Shown one piece after another: positions 1-12,445 of a stretch of 64,000 nt of DNA. Position 1 is the first letter of the stretch. Every line of letters begins with the position of its first letter. Position numbers and translations under genes: made by a program. The notes beneath the pieces were generated by a model that was given only the letters and a program-made list of their open reading frames with translations, had not been told where the DNA came from and searched no databases. The stretch spans positions 160,580,001 to 160,644,000 of the forward strand of contig OZ024743.1 of NCBI GenBank assembly GCA_964016885.1, written 5' to 3'. This DNA comes from Eledone cirrhosa. Taxonomy: Eukaryota.

Positions 1-1968
1 CTTTATATGTTGTATGAGTTCTTTATTTGCCATGTTTATGGCTTTGTACCTTTTTGGGGGAGGGCGATTTTGTTGCTGTTTTCTTGTTGTTGCTGTCGGG
101 TGTGTGTGTTTTGTTGTGTTTGCGATGTTGGTGTTTTTTGGTGATGCTGGTGGTGTTTGTGTGGTTGTTGGTGTTGGTGTGGTTGTTGTTGGTGGTGATG
201 CTTGTGGTGGTGATGGTGGTGGCGTTGCTGCAAGTCGCCTTGAAGCCCCCTTACCCTTCTTTCTTTGTCCTCGCTTTTGGAGGGTGAAGCTAATGGTTTT
301 TCCTTTTTTTGCTTTTTGTGGCAGACCGTTTTCCACTTTCCTCCCGCCTCATACTCCATGTCGGATTCCGTGGCGTCTGAGAGGGGTATGTGCTCCACTG
401 TTGTTGGTGGTGGTAGTGGAGCCCGCTCCGGAGATTTTGCCGCCGATGTAGCTGCTGCGACTGTTGGTGTTGCCGCCACTGCTGCCGATGTTTTAGTTAT
501 CCGTGGCCTTGGTATGGGTGCCACGGACGTTGCCCTCCTACTCACCATGGAAGGGTCTTCTGCCTCGGTTGCCTGTCCTGCTCTTGGTAGCAGCGGATCA
601 GGCGTCAGAAGGAGGGTGGCCCTCTTCTTGCCTGTCTTCTGCTGACAGAAGGCCCTGATGTGACCCTTCTGCCCACAGAGATAGCACTATGGGCGCCTTC
701 TCTCCAGGCTTATAGGGAGATGGAGTCATTCCTCGAGGTCTATGATATCTTGGATGGCCTCGACGTACTCCTGGTCAGTTTGTATTAGCATTTGCATGCC
801 TATACCAGACCAGTTCTCTCTTCCCATTCTCTGTATTTCCAGTATGGTGGTCTTCTCTTCGATTCCAGTCAGTTCAGACGCGGCCAGCCAAGGTATGAGC
901 ACGTCGAGCGGTACCTGGGTCACTTTCACCCTCACAATGTTCTGCCCGCAGTAGGAACGCACAAAGACTATTTCCTCCATCTTTAGGGTTTCCAAAGTGT
1001 AAGACTTCGCCCCTTGGGGGTGGCGAAAAGTACGTCTACTGTGACGTACTTTTTGCCTCGGGTGCGGTGGGTTTTGCGCGCCCAGACGCACCCCAAGACC
1101 TTTTGGATTTGAGCCTCCATGGCTCTCTCCACCCGATATGACATTGTTCTTACTGTGCGGTAAGTCACCATGCGCAGCTGCTGGTCTTTGATGAAATCGG
1201 GTGGAGGTTTCAGGGAAACTCTATTATCATTTCTAGTCAGCATGGTTCTTGCGACTGCCAACTCCTCCATCACTATTACTGTCTCTATATTTCGGGCCAC
1301 ACATGCGAAAGAAGTGGCCCCTTTTTCAGCGGAACCATTATTGCTGCTGTTACTGCTGCTACTGGTCTTGTTGTTGGTTCTGTTGCTGTTGCTACTGCTA
1401 CAAAAGGTGTTGTTGGTGTTGTTGCTGTTATCACTGTTGTAGTTGGTCTTGTTTTTGGTGCCACCGTTGGTGTTGTTTTCAGTGTAATTTGTATTGTTGC
1501 TGTTGGTGTTGTTGTTGTTTATTTTCTTGTTAGTGGTGTTAATATCGTTGTTGCATTTGTTGTCATCTTTTTCTGTTGTCTGTATTTTGGTTGACGCTGT
1601 TATTGTTGTAGTTGATGCGGTAATATTTTCAAAATTAGTGTTCTCAGTGTTGTTGTCTTTGTTCACGTTGTTTGTGGTGGTGTTTGTTGTATCAATGTCT
1701 GTAACACTCCTCTCAACTTTTACGCCGTTGTCACACGACAGCAGACATATTGCTGGGGGGCGTGGCTCAGTCATGTTTTCTTTTATTTTTTAGAGTAAAA
1801 TATTCAAATATTTGCGCCAGAAGGCCCAAATATTACACTTTCCCCTTCACAAGGCAAAGTCCAAGGGCTTATATCCCTTACACAACAAGGAAAATTTAAC
1901 AACAAATAATTATAACAGGTAAATAGAGCGACTTACTGGGAGCGAGCAAAAAGACGTCCGAACAGACC
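1..1968 (-). mobile_element. 5' part (5'UTR plus frameshifted gag-like ORF1) of a Tx1/L1-like non-LTR retrotransposon, running off the window start
   Basis: Minus-strand ORF pieces 983..1774, 726..1091 and 36..548. A CX2CX4HX4C zinc knuckle CYLCGQKGHIRAFC lies at 645-686, preceded by an in-frame stop. The element starts directly after a (TTA)n tract. Confidence 0.7.
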
Positions 1969-3180
1969 AATAATAATAATAATAATCCTAATAATAATAA
2001 TAATAATGATGATTTTATTCTTATTGCCACCAGGGCCGAACATAGAGGACAAAACAAAGACGGGGACAGTAAGGATTTACATGCAATCGATTAAAAATTT
2101 AACAAAACAAATAAACAAAATAGATATATCAACAACAGAATTCCCTAATGGGGGGAGGGGGGTACCACCGAGGAGTGACGTTAGGAACCCCACAAATCCT
2201 AACGCACCATCATCTCCATCATTCCAGCATACAGGTGCATGCTCACAGTGGCCCCATTCATACGGGCCATTCACGCAACAATCACTCACCTTTTTTAAAA
2301 TGTTCTGGGAGCAGCATTTCTCTCACCACCCTTATCTTCCTTTCCAAGCGGAACTTGAAAAAGTTGATGAGGGCTTAACCTAAGAGGAAGGTGTATGTCT
2401 TATGAACTTTCAGTCGCATCCAACACACAACCTTTTTCACTACAGTAATCAGACAGAGAAAAACTGCCTGTTCATCCTGGACTTTCAAGAGAGGGATTTC
2501 TGCAAGTTGTCCATAGTCCTCTGCTCGAAAGTCCATCGGAAAAGCCTGGCTAGTTCATTTTCAGAATCTCCCCGTGAGCGTCACCGTACTTGCCCACCAT
2601 TAATCCTCTCTAGAACCCGAGAGTGGAAGTTCCAATGGCTACATTTCCCGCCTGGTAGGGGGCAGTGAGCGCCTGGCAACATTTCAGATACCAGGCACAC
2701 AGTCTCGGTTTTTTTCTTCACCCGGGACTGCAGCTCAGTCAAAGAAATGAGCTGCCGTTTAGGCAGAATATCTGGAGATGCGACAGTCTCAGTTTGCAAA
2801 TCATTAACCACGGCATGCCCAGCCACCCGCGTAGAGTGTGCTGGTCACAGATAGACCGCCTCACCAACGGAAACTGTCCTATCCAAAAGAAGTTGAATAT
2901 TAGTCGCTCCAATTTGGTGAGGCCTGGAAATGGTCAAGGCTCGATGGTCATGCGATAGTAGTTGACGGACGCGATGTATGCATTTGCGACCTCCACCCGA
3001 CCTGAAGTTCATACTCCGATCTTGTCCGCCGCCGCTCCCAAATAGTTGAGCAAAGTGCTGCTGAAAAGCTTCACACATCTGCTCGGGTTTGAGTAACATG
3101 TGCCCGTTTTGGTCAGGCAAGGATTGAATTGTGGCTTTGTTGCCACGTCGCGCCTCTACTACCAGGGCCCATTAGACAGC
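1969..3180 (-). mobile_element. Internally deleted 3' part (ORF2 remnant, 3'UTR, (TTA)n tail) of a Tx1/L1-like element
   Basis: Minus-strand peptides EQMCEAFQQHFAQLF (post-endonuclease-like), WHALRGWLGMP and ALINFFKFRLERKIRVVRE. AATAAA is followed by a TTA-repeat tail at 1969-2007. No RT core is visible. Confidence 0.6.
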
Positions 3181-3185
3181 TTTTA

Positions 3186-3248
3186 TTCCCTCTTATTTTC
3201 TGACACACCACAACCCCCTTCCCACCGACACACATATGTGCACTGTTT

Positions 3249-3328
<80 letters not shown>

Positions 3329-3550
3329 GTGTGTATATATGTGTATGTATATGTATAATTTTTGGATTCTGAGAATTTGGATGTTTAATTTTTGACAATT
3401 TTCTGAATTTTGAAGAAAAAAATGTTCTTAATTCCCTACTAGAAAGGGATCTGTGCCAAACAGGCTGAAACACACACACAAAACAACCCTCTTCCAACCC
3501 ACACACATATGTGCACTGTTTTATATATATATATATATGTGTGCGTGTGT

Positions 3551-3628
<78 letters not shown>

Positions 3629-3900
3629 TTATATATACACACACCACAAAATAAGAGGAAAAAATTACTCATTACAGAAGTTACTGCTACTGATACTCTG
3701 GCTTTTGTTAGGGAAGTTTTTTTGAGAATTTTTTTTATCTAATTTTTAAATTTTTGTATTCTGAGAATCCTCTGGATTTTAGTTTTTCATTTTTGACAAT
3801 TTTCTGAATTTTGAAGAAAAAAAGTATTTCTTAATCCCAACACAAAGGGTTCTGTGATAGACAGGCTGAAAATCACACACACAAATGTGTGTATTGTTAT
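3186..3900. repeat. Three imperfect tandem copies of a ~270-400 bp unit containing expanded (TA)n/(TG)n tracts
   Basis: ACACATATGTGCACTGTTTTAT occurs near 3231 and 3503. TTTTGACAATTTTCTGAATTTTGAAGAAAAA and ACAGGCTGAAA each occur twice. Confidence 0.75.
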
Positions 3901-3937
3901 ATATACACCCTCACTCTCTCTCACACACACACTCTCA

Positions 3938-4001
<64 letters not shown>

Positions 4002-4017
4002 GAGAGAGAGAGAGATA

Positions 4018-4495
4018 AGTATTTCCGGGTTGAATCGGAGGTAACCAGAATAAGTAAGGTACTCAATACATAGCAGAGTATAAATGTTTTAATATAGAAG
4101 AGCTTCTACAGGACTAGAACTGTTGCATTCGTGAGAAATCATCAGGAAGCTGGCTGTCCAAGTGAGTGGTGGTATTTATATATTTTCTTTCCTGGTGGTA
4201 GGAGAGGGTGGGGATTGGGATGGGTGGAGGTCATCTAATTCTTTAAAGCTATAGTAGTAAACAAATTCAAATTTGGAATACCAATCTTAGTTTATCACTT
4301 AGACTAACAATGCCTGTAAGACAGGTGTCTACAGGATGGGTGGGGTTCATTGGTTTAAAGAAAAGGGAAATTCTTTAGAAGCTAATTCTTTAAGGGTGAA
4401 ATAAGTGTGTCAAAGGCAGAAAGGGTTCCATCAAGAGATTCAAGTGTTTGGGTGATTCCGCTTATTGTGAAGTTTCTCATAATATATATTCCAGG
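4018..4495 (-). mobile_element. Solo PLE 3' end / pseudo-LTR fragment (same family as 33640-33906)
   Basis: Shares long stretches with 33640-33906 in the opposite orientation, carries the same HHR, and is flanked by microsatellites. Confidence 0.7.
4101..4151 (-). ncRNA. Type I hammerhead ribozyme, mutated copy (GAAA to GCAA)
   Basis: Reverse complement reads AGCTTC CTGATGA TTTC-TCAC-GAAT GCAA CAG-TTCTAGTC-CTG TA GAAGCT. An intact copy is at 33851. Confidence 0.75.
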
Positions 4496-4613
4496 TGTCA
4501 ACAAGCACATTCACAGACGCGCCCACTTACGCACGTACACACACATACACGCACGCACACACAGGCACACACACAACAGACATACATATAGGTACATACA
4601 CACATACATATAT

Positions 4614-4681
<68 letters not shown>

Positions 4682-4811
4682 GAGGTTTTTTTTTTACAAA
4701 ATGAAAAATAACCGAGGTGTCCTACACGAGTGAAAGTATAAAGAAAAAAAGATGAAATCGAAAATGCAACTGGAGTCTTGTTTTAAAAAAAATATTTATA
4801 TTTATTTGGTC

Positions 4812-4849
4812 CCTTTACCGGTTTCGCAGTTCTTCTGCTTTTCAAAAGT
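4812..4849 (-). ncRNA. Minimal type I hammerhead, U3-A8 core variant
   Basis: Reverse complement ACTT TTGAAAA GCAG-AAGAA-CTGC GAAA CCGG TA AAGG. Confidence 0.7.
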
Positions 4850-6861
4850 AGAGTTGAGATGGAGGGTCTGTGGTCTTTCTCACAACTGGTTGGTCTCTGA
4901 ATGTTACTTGTTTTATATGGAAAAAAGTGGCTCGAAATGGCAGGTTTTTAGAGAAGTAATTTGATTGGTTGGTCAATAATTATAATAAATTTCGCGCCAG
5001 TTCGCGTTACAAAGTTCTTCAAACAAGGGGGTCGCACAGGTTGTTTTTACATATATGAGTGTTTGAATTTCTTATTACTTTAAAAAAAGGGGGCTCACGA
5101 AGGATTTTTTTTTAAAAACGTGATTTGATTGGTTATAAATGAAATTATGGCTGTCACGTGAACAAGTTTTCATTAAATATTCGCGCCCTTATTTGGAAAT
5201 CTATTCTGTAGCCATTTTAGAGAATTTTATGACAAACAAAAGATAATGGTCAAGAGAAATTGGATGGGAGAATTGTTCTGGTTCAGTAAATATGGTTAGT
5301 TCGCTGGGGTGTCAGAATTCAGATTTTCTATTGCATAAAGAAAGTAAAGATATGTATGTTTATTTGTGTGCTTGTGTGTGTTTGAATTTCTTTTTACTTA
5401 AAAAAAGGGGCTCATGAAGGCTTTTTTTAAATAAACGTAATTTGATTGGTTATAAATAAAATTATGGCAGATACCACTAAGCGCACATCTAGACATATGC
5501 GCAAGTAGTAAGACACCCAAATTCCGAGTCTTCTCATTTTATCTTTGCGCTGATAATACAACAGAACAAATACGAATAAATAAGGAAAATATGTTTATTC
5601 AAAAATATAGACCAGCATTAAATATGGTTTAATATACAATATGTCAACACCATAACATGCTAACCATCCAAACAGACACATACACACACACATAACACCT
5701 GCTACTTTAGAAAATAAAAACCCTAACTAAATAAACCTTAACATACGTTTGCGCTGACAATACAACTGAACAAATACGAATAAGTAAGGAAAATATGTTC
5801 ATTCAAAAATATTTCTACTAAAGGAATCATTTTCCTACACACACACACAATATATATATATTCTCTTCATCTTAACAGGCTAACCATACTCCCACACCCA
5901 TAACACCCATACACACACATAACAACCCCCACCACCTACACACACATCTCCCTCCCCCATTTTTACTAATAGAATCATCTTCCAATACACAGACACACAC
6001 ACATAAGCACACAAATAAACATACACATCTTTACTTTCTTTACTTCAATAGAAAATCTGAATTCTGACATCCCAGCGAACTAACTATATTCACTGAACTA
6101 GAACAATTCTCCCATCCAATTTCTCTTGACCATTATCTTTTGCTCCTCATAAAATTCTCTAAAAAGGCTACAGAATAGATTTCCAAATAAGGGCGCGAAA
6201 ATTTAATGAAAACTTATTCACGTGACAGCCATAATTTCATGTATAACCAATCAAATTACGTTTATTAAAATAAAGCCTTCGTGAGCCCCCTTTTTAAAGT
6301 AAAAAGAAATTCAAACACACACACACAACACACAAGCACACACATAAACATACATATCTTTACTTTCTTTATTCAATAGAAAATCTGAATTCTGACACCC
6401 CAGCGAACTAACCATATTCACTGAACCAGAACAATTCTCCCATCCAATTTCTCTTGACCATTATCTTTTGCTTGTCATAAAATTCTCTAAAAAGGCTACA
6501 GAATAGATTTCCAAATAAGGGCGCGAAAATTTAATGAAAACTTGTTCACGTGACAGCCATAATTTCATTTATAACCAATCAAATTACGTTTTTTTAAAAA
6601 AATGCCTTCGTGAGCCCTTTTTTTTAAGTAAAAAGAAATTCAAACACTCATATATGAAAAAACAACCGCCCCCCCCCCCCCTCCTTGTTTGAAGAACTTT
6701 GTAACGCGAACTGGCGCGAAATTTATTATAATTATTGCCCAAACAATCAAATTATTTCTCTAAAAACCTGGCATTTCGAGCCATTTTTTTCCATATAAAA
6801 CAACTAACATTCAGAGACCAACCAGATGTGAAAAAACCCACAGACCCTCCATCTCAACTCC

Positions 6862-6899
6862 ACTTTTGAAAAGCAGAAGAACTGCGAAACCGGTAAAGG
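6862..6899 (+). ncRNA. Minimal type I hammerhead, U3-A8 core variant
   Basis: ACTT TTGAAAA GCAG-AAGAA-CTGC GAAA CCGG TA AAGG. Confidence 0.7.
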
Positions 6900-7067
6900 G
6901 ACCAAATAAATATATATATATTTTTTTAAATAAAACTCCAGTTGCATTTTCGATTTCATCTTTTTTTTATATATATATATATATACATATATACATATAT
7001 ATGTGTACATACATACGTACACATATATATACACACACACACATATATATACATATAAATATATATA

Positions 7068-7141
<74 letters not shown>

Positions 7142-7260
7142 CACACATATATCTAAATATATGCAGATATATATATATATATAAATAACGAAGGAGATGT
7201 GGTAAGGCACCAGAGTACTCAATACTTAGGGTAGTAGAGTGGGTAATAGGAAAAAGTATG

Positions 7261-7356
7261 ACCCCGACGGCAGAGCTCAAGCCGTTTCGACTGCTATTTC
7301 TGGACTAAATTAGAATTTTTAGGCTGGTAAATAAATAGCCGAACATGTCAAGGGGT
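7261..7356 (-). ncRNA. Type I hammerhead, long stem II, core UUGACAU (variant of the 7565 copy)
   Basis: Reverse complement ACCCC TTGACAT GTTCGGCTATTT...GAAATAGCAGTC GAAA CGGC-TTGAGCTCT-GCCG TC GGGGT. Confidence 0.6.
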
Positions 7357-7564
7357 ATTTCCTTATATGGGAAGATTGTAGTTGTCAAGAGGATGGTCAA
7401 AATTTGTTCTAATCACAAATAAGTCTGTCATGGCATTTGGTGGGGGGTAGGGGTGGATGAACTTGCCTGTAGAACAATGGGGGAGTGAGTGGAGCCGGTC
7501 AAGCGTTGAAAATGAAATCTATACAGCAGATTCTAAGGATAGTGTATGAAAAGTCGAAAAAAGT

Positions 7565-7660
7565 ACCCCTTGACAACTTTGGCTATTTATTTACCGGGCT
7601 AAAATTTCTAATTTAGTCCAGAAATAGCCGTCGAAACGGCTTGAGCTCTGCCGTCGGGGT
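7565..7660 (+). ncRNA. Type I hammerhead, U3-A8 core (UUGACAA), extended stem II, GUC cleavage triplet
   Basis: Stem I ACCCC/GGGGT, core TTGACAA, stem II GGCTATTT...AAATAGCC with an inner hairpin GGCTAAA/TTTAGTC, GAAA, stem III ACGGC/GCCGT, then C. Confidence 0.7.
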
Positions 7661-7671
7661 CATACTTTTTC

Positions 7672-7725
<54 letters not shown>

Positions 7726-7858
7726 TAGTGAGGTTTTTTTTACAAAATGAAAAATAACCGAGGTGTCCTACACGAGTGGAAGTATAAAGAAAAAGGGATG
7801 AAATCGAAAATGCAACTGAAGTCTTATTTTTTTTTTAAATATATATATTTATTTGGTT

Positions 7859-7896
7859 CCTTTACCGGTTTCGCAGTTCTTCTGCTTTTCAAAAGG
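7859..7896 (-). ncRNA. Minimal type I hammerhead, U3-A8 core variant
   Basis: Reverse complement CCTT TTGAAAA GCAG-AAGAA-CTGC GAAA CCGG TA AAGG. Confidence 0.72.
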
Positions 7897-8925
7897 TGAG
7901 TTGAGATGGACGGTCTGTGGTTTTTCTCACATCTGGTTGGTCTCTAAATGTTACTTGTTTTATATGGAAAAACTGGCTCGAAAACCAGGTTTTTCGAGAA
8001 GTAATTTGATTGGTTTGTCAATAATTATAATAAATTTCGCGCCAGTTCGCGTTACAATAGTTCTTCAAATAAGAGAGGGGGGGGGGGGTTTGTCACAGGT
8101 TGTTTTTTTCATATATGAGTGTTTGAATTTCTTTTTACTTGAAAAAATGAGGCTAACGAAGGCTTTTTTTTGGTTGGTTATAAATGAAATTTGGCTGTTA
8201 CGTGAACAAGTTTTCATTACATTTTTGCGCCCTTATTTGGAAAACTATTCTGTAGTCTTTATAGTGAATGTTATGACAATGGAGAGATAGTGGTCAAGGG
8301 AAAAGGGATTGGGAGAAATGTTCTGGTTCAGTGAATATGGCCAGCTGTCAGAGTTCAGGTGTCAGAGTTCAGATTTTCTATTGAGACTGAAGATATGTGT
8401 TTATTTGTGTGCTTGTGTGTGTGTATATGTGTGTGTGTGTATGTGTGTATTGGAAGATGATTCTATTAGTAGAGATGGGGGAGGGAGTTGTGTGTGTGTG
8501 TATATGGGTGTTATGTGTGTGCGAGTATGTTAGATAGAGAGAATATATATTTTTTGTGTGTGTGTATATATATATGTGTGTAGGAAAGTGGTTCTATTAG
8601 TAGAAATGGGGAGGGTGTTGTAGGTGTGGGGGTTGTTATGTGTGTGTATGGGTGTTATGTGTGTGGGAGTATGGTTAGCATGTTAAGATGAAGAGAATAT
8701 ATATATATATATATATATATTGTGTGTGTATGTGTGTGTGTAGAAAAATGATTCCTTTAGTAGGAATATTTTTGAATGAACATATTTTCCTGACTTTTTC
8801 GTGTTTGCTGTTGTATTGCCAGTGCAAACGTATGTTTAAGGTTTATTTAGTTCGGGTTTTTATTTTCTAAAGTAGGTGTTATGTGTGTGTGTGTATGTCA
8901 TATTGTGGTGTTGACATAATGTATA

Positions 8926-9740
8926 TTAAACCTTATTTAATGTTGGTCTATATTTTTGAATAAACATATTTTCCTTATTTATTCGCATTTGTTCTGTTGT
9001 ATTGTTAGCGCAAAGGTAAAATGGGAAGACTTGGAATTTGGGTGTCTTATTACTTGCGCAAATGTCTAGATGTGCACTTAGTGGTATTTGCCTCGTGGTT
9101 GGATCTCGTAATTGTTGGCGATGAACTGTCATTCTGTTTCTGAGTGTGAGTTTAGTTTGTCCTATATAATCTTCATTGCATCCTTTACATTTAATGGCAT
9201 AAACAGATTTTTTGATGAGCAAGTGAAGTGATTTTTTACAGTAAAATTTTGTCCTGATTTAAATGTATACGTGTTGCCTTCAATGAGGTGAGTGCAGGTT
9301 CCACAATTAGAGCGACCACATTTTTTGATACTTGGTTGTGGGTTTGTGGTAGGTAATTTGGCATTGGTGAGTAATGTTTTCAGTGATTTTGGTTGTCTTT
9401 TGCTTTTGATTATTTTGTGTGTTTCAAGGGCTTTTTTCATTCTTGGGTTTTGTTTTAGTAGTGGGATGTTATTGTGAATAGTGTTGTAAGCTTCCGCATT
9501 TCTTGGGTTGTGTGTTGAGATATATGATAGAATATTGGACGTACCTTGAATTTGTTTCTGGTTCCGTAATTCATCAATGCCTATTGCTTTAGCCCTCTCT
9601 ATTCCATTATTTATTAGTAATAGTGGGTACTCTCTATCAAGTAGAATTTCCTTTAATTCTTGAAGTCTTTTATTTCGCGTTTCATAATTGGAGACAATTG
9701 TGCAAATTCTTCTTGCTAGGTTAAAAGGAATGTTCGTCAT
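8926..9740 (-). pseudogene. Inverted, frameshifted copy of the PLE thumb/linker/GIY-YIG region
   Basis: ORFs 9162..9740 and 8926..9222 are near-identical to the C-terminal part of 10010..11368, with one frameshift. Confidence 0.9.
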
Positions 9741-10009
9741 AAATATTTGTGGAAGTTCAATCCGTATTTTGATTTGGACTGTTCATATATCTGGACTTCT
9801 AAGTATGCCATGACTAAGTTGGCATAAGTTGGAGCGGCTTTTGTGCCCATCGCAGTCCCCGATATTTGCTTGTAAGTATTGCCATCGAAATCAAAAAAGT
9901 TGTTCTGTAGGATGAATTTTAATCCCTCGGTGATGAAGATTTTTTCTATTCTGTCAGGTATCTCATTGGGATATTTCTCTAGCCAGAATCCTATTGGTTC
10001 TAGTCCGTA

Positions 10010-11368
10010 TTGGTGTGGGATCGTTACGGACTAGAAGCAATAGGATTCTGGCTAGAGAAATATCCCAATGAGATACCTGACAGAATAGAAAAAATCTTCA
10101 TCACCGAGGGATTAAAATTCATCCTACAGAACAACTTTTTTGATTTCGATGGCAATACTTACAAGCAAATATCGGGGACTGCGATGGGCACAAAAGCCGC
10201 TCCAACTTATGCCAACTTACTCATGGCATACTTAGAAGTCCAGATATATGAACAGTCCAAATCAAAATACGGATTGAACTTCCACAAATATTTATCAGAG
10301 AATTGGAAACGCTACTTGGATGATTGCCTCATTCTTTGGTCCCACACACTCGACCAACTGAAGGATTTCAAAAACTTAATAAACGGCATCAATAACCACA
10401 TCCAATTCACAATGGAATACAGCCAAGATCAACTCCCATTTCTGGACATCTTAATCACAAAAAAAGACACAAATATCGAAACTGACATACACTACAAACC
10501 AACAGATTCCAAACAATATTTGCTATTCACCTCCAACCATCCAAAGCACACGAAGACGAACATTCCTTTTAACCTAGCAAGAAGAATTTGCACAATTGTC
10601 TCCAATTATGAAACGCGAAATAAAAGACTTCAAGAATTAAAGGAAATTCTACTTGAGAGAGAGTACCCACTATTACTAATAAATAATGGAATAGAGAGGG
10701 CTAAAGCAATAGGCATTGATGAATTACGGAAACAGAAACAAATTCAAGGTACGTCCAATATTCTATCATATATCTCAACACACAACCCAAAAAATGCGGA
10801 AGCTTACAACACTATTCACAATAACATCCCACTACTAAAACAAAACCCAAGAATGAAAAAAGCCCTTGAAACACACAAAATAATCAAAAGCAAAAGACAA
10901 CCAAAATCACTGAAAACATTACTCACCAATGCCAAATTACCTACCACAAACCCACAACCAAGTATCAAAAAATGTGGTCGCTCTAATTGTGGAACCTGCA
11001 CTCACCTCATTGAAGGCAACACGTATACATTTAAATCAGGACAAAATTTTACTGTAAAAAATCACTTCACTTGCTCATCAAAAAATCTAATTTATGCCAT
11101 TAAATGTAAAGGATGCAATGAAGATTATATAGGACAAACTAAACTCACACTCAGAAACAGAATGACAGTTCATCGCCAACAATTACGAGATCCAACCACG
11201 AGACAAATACCACTAAGTGCACATCTAGACATTTGCGCAAGTAATAAGACACCCAAATTCCAAGTCTTCCCATTTTACCTTTGCGCTAACAATACAACAG
11301 AACAAATGCGAATAAATAAGGAAAATATGTTTATTCAAAAATATAGACCAACATTAAATAAGGTTTAA
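10010..11368 (+). CDS. PLE reverse transcriptase (C-terminal half) plus GIY-YIG endonuclease, 5'-truncated
   Basis: QISGTAMGTKAAPTYANL, WKRYLDD, LPFLDI, YKPTD..QYL...SNHP, linker CGRSNCGTC, and LIYAIKCKGCNEDYIGQT...R..H. Confidence 0.92.
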   Translation: MVWDRYGLEAIGFWLEKYPNEIPDRIEKIFITEGLKFILQNNFFDFDGNTYKQISGTAMGTKAAPTYANLLMAYLEVQIYEQSKSKYGLNFHKYLSENWKRYLDDCLILWSHTLDQLKDFKNLINGINNHIQFTMEYSQDQLPFLDILITKKDTNIETDIHYKPTDSKQYLLFTSNHPKHTKTNIPFNLARRICTIVSNYETRNKRLQELKEILLEREYPLLLINNGIERAKAIGIDELRKQKQIQGTSNILSYISTHNPKNAEAYNTIHNNIPLLKQNPRMKKALETHKIIKSKRQPKSLKTLLTNAKLPTTNPQPSIKKCGRSNCGTCTHLIEGNTYTFKSGQNFTVKNHFTCSSKNLIYAIKCKGCNEDYIGQTKLTLRNRMTVHRQQLRDPTTRQIPLSAHLDICASNKTPKFQVFPFYLCANNTTEQMRINKENMFIQKYRPTLNKV

Positions 11369-11859
11369 TATACATTATGTCAACACCACAATATGACATA
11401 CACACACACACATAACACCTACTTTAGAAAATAAAAACCCGAACTAAATAAACCTTAAACATACGTTTGCACTGGCAATACAACAGCAAACACGAAAAAG
11501 TCAGGAAAATATGTTCATTCAAAAATATTCCTACTAAAGGAATCATTTTCCTACACACACACATACACACACACAAAATATATATATATATATATATATT
11601 CTCTTCATCTTAACATGCTAACCATACTCCCACACACATAACACCCATACACACACATAAAAACCCCCACACCTACAACACCCTCCCCATTTCTACTAAT
11701 AGAACCACTTTCCTACACACATATATATATACACACACACAAAAAATATATATTCTCTCTATCTAACATACTCGCACACACGCACATAACACCCATATAC
11801 ACACACACACAACTCCCTCTCCCATCTCTACTAATAGAATCATCTTCCAATACACACAT

Positions 11860-11894
<35 letters not shown>

Positions 11895-12407
11895 AGCACA
11901 CAAATAAACACATATCTTCAGTCTCAATAGAAAATCTGAACTCTGACAACTGAACTCTGACAGCTGGCCATATTCACTGAACCAGAACATTTCTCCCAAT
12001 CCCTTTTCCCTTGACCACTATCTCTCCATTGTCATAACATTCACTATAAAGACTACAGAATAGTTTTCCAAATAAGGGCGCAAAAATGTAATGAAAACTT
12101 GTTCACGTGACAGCCAAATTTCATTTATAACCAACCAAAAAAAAGCCTTCGTGAGCCTCATTTTTTCAAGTAAAAAGAAATTCAAACACTCATATATGAA
12201 AAAACAACCTGTGACAACCCCCCCCCCTCTCTTATTTGAAGAACTATTGTAACGCGAACTGGCGCGAAATTTATTATAATTATTGACAAACCAATCAAAT
12301 TACTTCTCGAAAAACCTGGTTTTCGAGCCAGTTTTTCCATATAAAACAAGTAACATTTAGAGACCAACCAGATGTGAGAAAAACCACAGACCCTCCATCT
12401 CAACTCA

Positions 12408-12445
12408 CCTTTTGAAAAGCAGAAGAACTGCGAAACCGGTAAAGG
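12408..12445 (+). ncRNA. Minimal type I hammerhead, U3-A8 core variant
   Basis: CCTT TTGAAAA GCAG-AAGAA-CTGC GAAA CCGG TA AAGG. Stem III is palindromic (ACCGGT) and the motif lies about 75 nt before the element 3' end. Confidence 0.75.

Larger units (their letters stand above)
4673..6968. mobile_element. Truncated Neptune-like PLE copy: inverted pLTR arm (4673-5468, minus) joined to a plus-strand 3' end (5470-6968) with an internal ~345 bp tandem duplication
   Basis: Homologous to 11205-12520, starting at the QIPLSAHLDICAS-coding region. The arms are reverse complements of each other and both flanks are (TA)n. Confidence 0.85.
7185..7672. mobile_element. Small non-coding fold-back cassette with ~110 bp inverted arms that consist almost entirely of a hammerhead
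   Basis: 7249-7358 is the reverse complement of about 7563-7672. Both flanks are (TA)n. Confidence 0.75.
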
